From NCBI GenBank assembly GCA_964615185.1, contig CAZTOS010000068.1, forward strand, positions 1-11,440: a stretch of 11,440 bases of DNA, given 5' to 3'. The translations under genes and the position numbers were made by a program. Below, piece by piece: positions 1 through 6,748 of the stretch. Source of the stretch: an uncultured Thermococci archaeon. GTDB lineage: Archaea > Methanobacteriota_B > Thermococci > Thermococcales > Thermococcaceae. The notes below the pieces were generated by a model. That model did no database searches. It was not told where the DNA came from and saw only the letters and a program-made list of their open reading frames with translations. Each line of letters begins with the position of its first letter. The first letter of the stretch is position 1.

Positions 1-2
1 AG

Positions 3-962
3 GTTCTTGGCATTTCATTGAGCCTTTTCAATGCTGCTAAGGAATTCCACGCTAAGCCCACAATCATCATTCAAGAGCCAAAGACTTCACTTGAATTTGC
101 AGAGCGAAGTGTAATTGAGGCCATAAAAAGTGAGCCAGACATAGTAATCTCAATAACTGAGAAAAAATTGGGGAAAGATGCATTCGGATTGAATATCGGA
201 TATGTGGGAAGAGACAACCATAAGTATACTCACATTTTTGAAAAGCTCCTCTGGGGAGATAGAAGAATACGCTCCTTCTGGAGCCCTGGAATCACTGTGG
301 ACATGTACCTGAGAGCTGTTCCAATTGATTATGAGAGGCTTAGGTATGAGGCACAAGTCTTGGCTGAAATTCTTGATAAAGGGAAAGAAGTGCATGTAGC
401 AACTGAAAAAGGAACAGATTTGTGGATAAATATAAATAAGAGAAAAGCATTCAGAGACGATGGTGATTTTAGAAGACCTGGCAAAGGCGGCAACTTGCCC
501 GCTGGAGAAGTATTCATTTCTCCTGCAGTTGGAAAAAGTGAGGGAGTGATAGTTTTTGACGGAACTCTGGGATTAAATGGAGAAAGCATCCTCCCTAAAA
601 ATCCCGTAAAAATATACGTTAAAGGAGGTTTTGTGCAAAAGATTGAAGGTCAAGAAGAAGCTAAAAAGCTTGAAGAGGCCATAAAGAGAGCAGAGGAAAG
701 AGCGCTTAAAATGGGAAAAGAAGAGCTGGCTAAGAATGCATGGCATTTGGGAGAACTTGGCATAGGACTAAATCCGAGAGCAAAGATGAGTGGGAAGCTC
801 CTTGAGGATGAGAAGCTCAGAAATACAGCCCATATAGCAATTGGGGCAAACTACGATAATGATGCTCCAGCTTTGAACCACTTTGACTGCCTCATTCTGA
901 ATCCAACGGTTGAAGTTGACGGGGAAAAGATAATGGAGAAAGGAAAATTCCTCATATTTTGA
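3..962 (+). CDS. M29-family (aminopeptidase T-like, thermophilic metalloprotease) aminopeptidase, 5' end outside the window
   Basis: The frame is open from base 3 (VLGISLSLFN...), so TTG 18 is probably not the true start. Family motifs: GNLPAGEVF, GVIVFDGT, LGELGIGLN, LEDEK, HIAIG, NHFD. Confidence 0.85.
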   Translation, partial: VLGISLSLFNAAKEFHAKPTIIIQEPKTSLEFAERSVIEAIKSEPDIVISITEKKLGKDAFGLNIGYVGRDNHKYTHIFEKLLWGDRRIRSFWSPGITVDMYLRAVPIDYERLRYEAQVLAEILDKGKEVHVATEKGTDLWININKRKAFRDDGDFRRPGKGGNLPAGEVFISPAVGKSEGVIVFDGTLGLNGESILPKNPVKIYVKGGFVQKIEGQEEAKKLEEAIKRAEERALKMGKEELAKNAWHLGELGIGLNPRAKMSGKLLEDEKLRNTAHIAIGANYDNDAPALNHFDCLILNPTVEVDGEKIMEKGKFLIF

Positions 963-1045
963 ATTCTTAATTTTCCATTCTATGAACTCCCTACACATAA
1001 GTAGCAGAAATTTTGTAATAATTTCGGAAATTTTTAATATAAACA

Positions 1046-1059
1046 GAAAAATTTATAAA
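1046..1059 (+). promoter_or_regulatory. BRE + TATA box for the 54-codon gene
   Basis: GAAAAA-TTTATAAA, with TATA at 1052-1059. The SD AGGTGAT (1096-1102) and ATG 1107 follow. Confidence 0.65.
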
Positions 1060-1106
1060 CAAGAACGTTAATCTTCGAAAAAACTATAGAGATAAAGGTG
1101 ATGTAA

Positions 1107-1271
1107 ATGAGAGCTGAGATATGGAATGTTGGAAAAGGAATCAAAGTAGCCAACGTGGATTCAAAATCTCTGGAAAGGTTTCTCATGGAAGATGGTGTCT
1201 ACAAAATCATTTATGAAGATGGAAGGGAGGAATGGAGAGTTGTCATTAAAGAGGGCAATGTTTATCTTTAA
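1107..1271 (+). CDS. Small hypothetical protein, 54 aa (MRAEIWNVGKGIKVANVDSKSLERFLMEDGVYKIIYEDGREEWRVVIKEGNVYL)
   Basis: Translated by hand; it is absent from the ORF track. SD AGGTGAT lies just upstream of ATG 1107, the stop is TAA 1269-1271, the codons are purine-rich like the neighbouring genes, and there is a TATA box upstream and a T-tract downstream. Confidence 0.8.
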   Translation: MRAEIWNVGKGIKVANVDSKSLERFLMEDGVYKIIYEDGREEWRVVIKEGNVYL

Positions 1272-1287
1272 CTCTACTTTTTAGTTT
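1272..1287 (+). terminator. Putative archaeal oligo-T terminator
   Basis: CTCTACTTTTTAGTTT immediately after the TAA of the 54-aa ORF. Confidence 0.45.
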
Positions 1288-1304
1288 AAACTTCAGTTTG
1301 CTTA

Positions 1305-1352
1305 AATCAGGAACCCAAAACTTAAAATCAGAATTGGTTTTAGATTAATCAG
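1305..1352 (+). repeat. Three AATCAG direct repeats at an exact 21-bp period in the GTPase promoter/leader
   Basis: AATCAG at 1305-1310, 1326-1331 and 1347-1352, each preceded by TT and a variable A run (TTAAATCAG, TTAAAATCAG, TTAATCAG). Confidence 0.55.
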
Positions 1353-1360
1353 GTGGTAAA

Positions 1361-2554
1361 ATGGAAATCGGTGTTGTAGGAAAACCAAATGTTGGAAAAT
1401 CAACCTTTTTCTCTGCAGCAACTTTAGTTGATGTTCAAATAGCCAATTACCCCTTCACTACTATTGAAGCAAATGTTGGAGTGAGTCATGTTATAGCAGA
1501 GCATCCATGCAAGGAGCTTGGCTGCCTTCCAAATCCACAGAACTATGAGTATAGAGATGGGCTATCCTTGATTCCAATAAAGATGATTGATGTAGCCGGA
1601 CTTGTGCCCGGTGCACATGAGGGAAGGGGTCTCGGAAACAAATTTTTAGATGACCTAAGAATGGCCTCAGCATTGATTCATATCATTGATGCAAGCGGAA
1701 GGACCGATGCTGAAGGACAGCCCACAGATTACCATGATCCCGTTGAAGATATTGAATTTCTGGAGAAGGAGATAAACTACTGGATTTATGGAATTTTAAA
1801 GAAAAATTGGGATAAATTTGCTAAAAGGGTTAAACTTCAACATCTAAATCTCGCAAGAGCCATTGCAGAGCAACTAACCGGAATTGGAGTCAGTGAAGAA
1901 GACGTCCTTGAAGCTTTGCACAAAACAAACTTAAGCAACGATCCAACCAAATGGAGCGATGAAGATTTGTATAACTTTGTCAGCGAACTTAGGAGAATAA
2001 ATAAGCCAATCATAATAGCGGCAAACAAAGCAGATATGGCAAGCGATGAGCAGATAAAGAGACTTATGGAAGAAGGGAATAAAAGAGGCTACATTGTCGT
2101 GCCAACTTCAGCTGTCGCTGAGTTAATGCTTAGAAAGGCAGCAAAAGCTGGCTACATAGATTATCTCCCAGGTCAGAGCGATTTCAAAATTTTAAAACCC
2201 CTCAGCTCAAAGCAGAAGAAGGCATTGGAGCTTATCAAAGAAAAAGTTCTCAAGAGATTTGGCTCAACGGGAGTTCAAGAGGTCATCAACAAAGCTGTTT
2301 TTGAATTACTGCAGTTGATTCCAGTTTATCCCGTTGAGGATGAGCACAAGATGACCGATAGCTTTGGAAACGTTTTGCCTCACGTGTTCTTAATGAAGAA
2401 AGGCTCAACTCCAAGAGATTTAGCGTTCAAAGTGCACACCGATTTGGGGAAGACATTTCTCTATGCAATAAATGCAAGAACGCACAGAAGAGTTGGAGAA
2501 GACTATGAGCTTCAATTCAACGACATTATAAAAATTGTAGCTACCGCAAGATAA
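1361..2554 (+). CDS. ychF: Obg/YchF-family translation-associated GTPase/ATPase (archaeal Ygr210-like type) with a C-terminal TGS domain
   Basis: G1 GKPNVGKST, G2 NYPFTTI, G3 DVAGLVPGA..GRGLGNKFL, G4 NKAD, TGS-like tail (GSTPRDLAFKVHTDL...GEDYELQFNDII). SD AGGTGG at 1351-1356. Confidence 0.92.
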   Translation: MEIGVVGKPNVGKSTFFSAATLVDVQIANYPFTTIEANVGVSHVIAEHPCKELGCLPNPQNYEYRDGLSLIPIKMIDVAGLVPGAHEGRGLGNKFLDDLRMASALIHIIDASGRTDAEGQPTDYHDPVEDIEFLEKEINYWIYGILKKNWDKFAKRVKLQHLNLARAIAEQLTGIGVSEEDVLEALHKTNLSNDPTKWSDEDLYNFVSELRRINKPIIIAANKADMASDEQIKRLMEEGNKRGYIVVPTSAVAELMLRKAAKAGYIDYLPGQSDFKILKPLSSKQKKALELIKEKVLKRFGSTGVQEVINKAVFELLQLIPVYPVEDEHKMTDSFGNVLPHVFLMKKGSTPRDLAFKVHTDLGKTFLYAINARTHRRVGEDYELQFNDIIKIVATAR

Positions 2555-3485
2555 GTTCTCTAAGTGAGCGCGGAAGAAGTATTAATAGCAAAATTACTCC
2601 CAATCCGCAGATATTTTTATTTTCTTCCCCAATTTTTGCCTCGTTTAAGACCGTTTGAGTTGAAATAGTGCTTTTCGTGTTTCCGCATGAGTTGAATCCA
2701 ATTCTCTGAAGGGTTATATCGGCCATATAAACTTCAAAGCCATATTCATCTGCATATTTGCAGACGACTTTGGAAAATTCCTCTACCTGTTTCTCATTAC
2801 CTAAATCTGCATAACTTAAAGCCAAAACTTTAACCTTCAGTTTCTTTAGCATTTCAGCTTGAGCAAGAACCCACTGCAAGTCAGTATCTTGATAAATTTT
2901 GTATTCTTTGTCATTGAAATCGTAATATGTTACAAAATCCTCAAAGAGAATGTAATCAACATGAGGAGCAATTTCTTTGGTTATTGAAAAGCCCCTGTTT
3001 GCTACAATAACTATGTCCGGATATTTTTCACGAATTGCTTTAATTAGTTTAACCATTGCTTCTCTCTTTTCGGGATATTTATCAACGTAGTCCAAATTGT
3101 CCAAAAAGACACCATCAAAACCTTTTGAGAGGATATACGGGATAGCTTTATTGAGAACTATGCCTCTCCACTGTGGAGAGGAAAAGTCAACTTCTTTCTC
3201 ATTCCATGTTTCCCAGTGCCCTATTATTATACTATCAGGAACCTCCTCAGCCCAAGGCTCCCAGCCACCAATAGTTGCTAAGCTTAAATAGCCCACAACG
3301 GTTACGTTTTTGTCTTTCAGCTCTTTGATATAATTTTCCTCCACTAAAGGAGAGAGAATAAGGAGATTGAACTTTGAGAGTTCATTTACGTTGGAAGGAG
3401 ATACATCACCATAATAAACTGCAAAACTTGCTAATGCAAATTTGGAGAAAAAAATAAGGAAAATTATAATTTTTATTGTCTTCAT
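2541..3485 (-). CDS. Secreted, membrane-anchored GH114-like (endo-alpha-1,4-galactosaminidase / TM1410 / PelA-hydrolase-like) TIM-barrel protein with a CGP-CTERM-like tail
   Basis: N-terminal signal peptide (MKTIKIIIFLIFFSKFALA). Family-like motifs FAVYYG, VVGYLS, VDFSSPQWR, GFDGVFLDNLD, ANRGF, ILFEDF, VLALSY. Ser/Thr linker, then NICGLGVILLLILLPRSLR. Its ATG overlaps the upstream stop (ATGA, 3482-3485). Confidence 0.8.
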   Translation of the reverse strand: MKTIKIIIFLIFFSKFALASFAVYYGDVSPSNVNELSKFNLLILSPLVEENYIKELKDKNVTVVGYLSLATIGGWEPWAEEVPDSIIIGHWETWNEKEVDFSSPQWRGIVLNKAIPYILSKGFDGVFLDNLDYVDKYPEKREAMVKLIKAIREKYPDIVIVANRGFSITKEIAPHVDYILFEDFVTYYDFNDKEYKIYQDTDLQWVLAQAEMLKKLKVKVLALSYADLGNEKQVEEFSKVVCKYADEYGFEVYMADITLQRIGFNSCGNTKSTISTQTVLNEAKIGEENKNICGLGVILLLILLPRSLRELILR

Positions 3486-4181
3486 CTTTTACCCCTCAGG
3501 AATAACAACAAAAGAACTGAAATTACTATTGAGATACCGGGGATTGGGGCGGCTATGGTACCCCCAGTTGACTTAATTTCGATTTGATCTTCCGGGTCAT
3601 GGATTGGATTACCAGAATTATCCACAAAATAGTTATCGGAGCCATCTTCAAAATCCTCTGTCATCCTAATACTGCATCCCTTCTCCTCAATGTTGTCTAT
3701 ATAAAGATCAAAAGAATTTGAACCCCCATATGCTCCTGCACTTACATATCCATCTACCTCTGTAACAGTGGTAGTATATTCATCCACTTTTTCTTCATCA
3801 ATGTAAAATTCTATTTTGTTTTTATAGATTTTTATCATATATTTGTGCCATTTTGTGACATCTATATTGTGAGGGGATGAATAGCTATCAACCACTGAGT
3901 ATACTTTTGTACCGTCCCATCCCTTACCATACTCAAATGCTACAGTTTTTCCATCAACAGATACATGCATTATGTATATCAACCCATCCCCGTTCCAGTT
4001 CTCAAGCTTTGCTTCCCATTCTATCTCAAATGGACAAGAAGAGGGGTCATATGGAAAGTCCTTTTGTCTTTCAACAACTGCTCTTCCGTTACCCTTGATA
4101 TGAAGAACATTCCCATTAGCTGCCTGTATGAGGGGTATGCTCAAAATAAAAATCATGATCAGTAAAGGAAATTTTTTTCAT
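3482..4181 (-). CDS. Cell-surface protein with a ConA/LamG-like beta-sandwich and a PIP-type C-terminal anchor. Apparent one-base frameshift after the start codon; the uninterrupted ORF runs only 4156..3482.
   Basis: SD GGTGA (4191-4187) sits 5 nt before ATG 4181, which is 25 nt from the in-frame ATG 4156. Removing one A from the A7 run (4172-4178) gives the signal peptide MKKFPLLIMIFILSIPLIQAA. WHKYMIKIYKNKIEFYIDEEKV and LYIDNI resemble LamG/ConA-fold strands. The tail is APIPG + hydrophobic helix + RGKR. Confidence 0.72.
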
Positions 4182-4215
4182 CACTTTCACCAAATTAATT
4201 TTTGGATTTCAAACT

Positions 4216-4228
4216 ATTTTAACCTTTC
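4216..4228 (-). promoter_or_regulatory. Putative BRE/TATA for the surface-protein pair
   Basis: The minus strand reads GAAAGG-TTAAAAT, beginning at the last base of the CYTH gene stop codon, about 35 nt upstream of ATG 4181. Confidence 0.45.
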
Positions 4229-4740
4229 TATGCATATTTGGGCAATTCTTTAAGCATTTCTTGGTACAATCTCGGTTCTACGTCTTCTTCCCTTAGCCCC
4301 AGCATGTTTGCAACTTCCCAAATTCTCTTTTTTGCCTCTTGAACATTATCAGCTATAACCTCAATATCTAAGAAATCTCCCAATTTCTCAACCCGATTTA
4401 ACTCAAATGTAACGTTTCCAAACTTGTACACATACCGATGCTTTTTAACCCAAACATCTTCCTTAAATCCCAAACGCCTTAAAATAATTCTCATCTTTTC
4501 AAAATCTTCAACTTTAACCTCAATTTCATCGAATTCTTCGTTCCTTTCATCTTTAATCTGCTTATATCCAAGGATTACTTCATTTAGGTTAACAATTTTT
4601 CTAATTCTCAAAAGCTGTTTTGATGGAAGAGCAAAATATAAATCCTCCTGAATTTCCTCTCTTACAAATTTAGCCCCAAGAGCTTCAATTTTCTTTCTAA
4701 CCTCCTCCAAGTTAACTCTAAATTTTATCTCAACTTCCAT
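4228..4740 (-). CDS. cyaB: CYTH / triphosphate tunnel metalloenzyme (class IV adenylate cyclase-like)
   Basis: N-terminal EVEIK (ExExK) signature, plus QEDLYF, LRIR, EIEV, VKKHRYVY, LGDFLDIE and LY near the C-terminus. The ATG directly abuts the Lrp gene stop. Confidence 0.9.
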   Translation of the reverse strand: MEVEIKFRVNLEEVRKKIEALGAKFVREEIQEDLYFALPSKQLLRIRKIVNLNEVILGYKQIKDERNEEFDEIEVKVEDFEKMRIILRRLGFKEDVWVKKHRYVYKFGNVTFELNRVEKLGDFLDIEVIADNVQEAKKRIWEVANMLGLREEDVEPRLYQEMLKELPKYA

Positions 4741-5223
4741 TTAAATCCCCGCAAGAAATCCAATAATCTCTTCCCCCTTCTTGAATGTTCTAACTGGAAA
4801 AACCAATACATCCTTTAGAGTTGGTATGCTCCTTATGTTGTCTTCTATGAATTTATCCAGTTTTTCCTGAGTTTCTTCTCCAACTAATGCAATTATTTTG
4901 TCCTCTTCACTTTTAGCTACCATAAGAACATTGGGCAGCATTGAAAGGGTCTTTGTTATATATTCAAGATACCTCTCAAGAAAATCCTCAATAACAGGTT
5001 TTTCAACTCTGAGAACTAAAAAAGCTACGTATTTTGGCCTAAGTGATTCTCCAAGAATAATAGTGTACCTACCTATTATACCCCTCTCTTGGAGCTTTTT
5101 GATTCTGAAATGGACTGTTGATTCCGGTTTATTCAATTTCTCACTTATCTCTGAAATAGTCAGTCTGGCATCCTCTTTAAGGAGTTTCAATATCGCTCTA
5201 TCAAGGTCATCCAGTTGTAACAC
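4741..5223 (-). CDS. Lrp/AsnC-family transcriptional regulator
   Basis: AsnC-type HTH: LDDLDRAILKLLKEDARLTISEISEKLNKPESTVHFRIKKLQERGII. GTG start, with SD GGGGTGA in the ubiX 3' end. Confidence 0.9.
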   Translation of the reverse strand: MLQLDDLDRAILKLLKEDARLTISEISEKLNKPESTVHFRIKKLQERGIIGRYTIILGESLRPKYVAFLVLRVEKPVIEDFLERYLEYITKTLSMLPNVLMVAKSEEDKIIALVGEETQEKLDKFIEDNIRSIPTLKDVLVFPVRTFKKGEEIIGFLAGI

Positions 5224-5225
5224 TT

Positions 5226-5759
5226 TTATTCACCCCATCTCTTGTATAAGTCATGATTGATATTCAAAATATCTAAGATTTTACCAATTATAAAGTTTAT
5301 CATATCGTCTAAATTCTTAGGATTATGGTAAAATCCTGGAGATGCTGGCATAACTATAGCTCCAGCTTGGGTAATTTTCAACATATTTTGGACGTGAATT
5401 AAGTTTAATGGAGTTTCCCTAATAAGTAAAATCAGCTTTCTTCTCTCTTTCAGTGCAACATCGGCAACTCTTGTTATCAAATTGTTAGCATACCCATTTG
5501 CCACGGCACTTAGGGTTTTCATTGAGCATGGGGCAATTACAACTGCATCAAATCTATATGACCCAGAAGCAATTGGTGCAAATAAGTCACTCTCCCTGTA
5601 ATCTGGCTCAAAATTAATGCCAACTTCATGACGAATTACCGCCAATCCTGTTTCCGAGGCTATTGTGATAACCTCATGTCCTAACTTTTTCAGAGTTTCT
5701 ATAAGTCGAATCCCATAAATTACACCGCTTGCTCCTGTTATCCCAACCACAATCCTCAT
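5226..5759 (-). CDS. ubiX: Flavin prenyltransferase UbiX/Pad1
   Basis: [28 protein letters not shown] and PASPGFY motifs. SD GGTGA at 5768-5764. Confidence 0.95.
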   Translation of the reverse strand: MRIVVGITGASGVIYGIRLIETLKKLGHEVITIASETGLAVIRHEVGINFEPDYRESDLFAPIASGSYRFDAVVIAPCSMKTLSAVANGYANNLITRVADVALKERRKLILLIRETPLNLIHVQNMLKITQAGAIVMPASPGFYHNPKNLDDMINFIIGKILDILNINHDLYKRWGE

Positions 5760-5876
5760 ACTCTCACCATTAAAGGTTCATTCTGGAATTTTTAACTATT
5801 AATACCCACACATTTTGTAAGTTATCCAAAGTATTAAACGTTTTCCATTGTCGGGATCAGGGTTTTAACAAACAAC

Positions 5877-5884
5877 TTTATAAA
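5877..5884 (+). promoter_or_regulatory. TATA box for the diadenylate cyclase gene, in the divergent ubiX/dacZ intergenic region
   Basis: TTTATAAA preceded by A-rich AAACAAC, 33 nt before ATG 5918. A short SD (GGTG) lies just upstream of the ATG. Confidence 0.55.
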
Positions 5885-5917
5885 TATCAAATAGCAATAC
5901 TATAAGATGGTGTAAAG

Positions 5918-6724
5918 ATGAAGAAGACCGGATACACCAAAATTCTTCTCCATAAAGCCTTGGAGATAATCAAAGAAATTGACGCCAAAGCATTAGTCTT
6001 AATAACTCCCTCATTTGAGGGAGAGATACCGGATATTGATGTCCCCATAATACTTGTAGGGAAAAACTTTGATGTCTCTAATGAGCGTATTAAAAAAATA
6101 CCCCTACCCCTTTCTCTGGGGATAAAAAACGTTGTAAACCTCGTTTCCGCTTTTCTTATTGAAAACAATATTATCTCCGATGGGGAAACATTTCTCTATA
6201 TCACTCCAAATACTCTCGGGATAAGAACCGTAAAGAAGAGTATAGCAACTACAAAAGGCTTCTTTGAAGAAGCTCAAACCGTGCTCCAAAGGCTGCTTGA
6301 AATAGCCGTGGAATTAAGTTTAGAGGGAAAGGAAGGATATCCTATCGGAACAATATTCGTGGTTGGAGACACGAAAAACGTTCTGAAATACTCCCATCAA
6401 ATAGTCCCAAATCCCTTTAGGGGACATAAGCTGAATGTGTTAGATAAGAATACAAAAGGTGTTATCAAAGAATTTGCAACCCTCGATGGAGCATTTATAA
6501 TAAGCAACACTGGAAGAATTTTAGCAGCAGGTAGATATCTTGATGTTGATCCAAAAAAGCTTGATGTTCATTTACCTCCGGGTTTAGGAAGCAGGCACCT
6601 TGCTGCTGCAGCTATCTCAAAGAAAACGAAAGCAACAGCAATAACACTTTCAGAAAGCGGAGTGATTAGGGTATTTAAAAATGGCGAGATAATCCTTGAA
6701 TACAATCCCAGAATGAGATATTAA
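5918..6724 (+). CDS. dacZ: Diadenylate cyclase (DAC/DisA_N domain), archaeal DacZ type
   Basis: The C-terminal DAC domain has EGKEGYPIGTIFVVGD, KEFATLDGAFII (DGA motif), GLGSRHLAAAAIS (RHx motif) and LSESG. The N-terminal domain is about 115 aa with no transmembrane segments. Confidence 0.88.
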   Translation: MKKTGYTKILLHKALEIIKEIDAKALVLITPSFEGEIPDIDVPIILVGKNFDVSNERIKKIPLPLSLGIKNVVNLVSAFLIENNIISDGETFLYITPNTLGIRTVKKSIATTKGFFEEAQTVLQRLLEIAVELSLEGKEGYPIGTIFVVGDTKNVLKYSHQIVPNPFRGHKLNVLDKNTKGVIKEFATLDGAFIISNTGRILAAGRYLDVDPKKLDVHLPPGLGSRHLAAAAISKKTKATAITLSESGVIRVFKNGEIILEYNPRMRY

Positions 6725-6748
6725 AGATGAAGGAAAACAAAGAAGAGC

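Noticed and set aside
150..998. Minus-strand ORFs 150-395, 329-589 and 768-998
   Set aside because: Antisense shadows of the aminopeptidase gene with no recognisable motifs.
1491..2028. Minus-strand ORFs 1491-1673 and 1837-2028
   Set aside because: Fully inside ychF on the opposite strand, with the composition expected of antisense frames.
4140..4184. C/D-box sRNA-like layout on the minus strand (GTGATGA...CTGA..ATGATTT), with an 8-nt stretch complementary to the 16S sequence TAAAGGAA
   Set aside because: No properly spaced terminal CTGA D box, the putative guide is short and very AT-rich, and the sequence is better explained as start codon plus signal-peptide codons.
3097..5260. Plus-strand ORFs 3097-3291, 3877-4098, 3965-4165, 4424-4651 and 4898-5260
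   Set aside because: Antisense to well-supported minus-strand genes, with no recognisable domains.
5862..5869. GTTTTAAC, and GTTTAAAC near 1284, as possible SurR sites
   Set aside because: The spacing is GTT-N2-AAC, not the GTT-N3-AAC SurR consensus.
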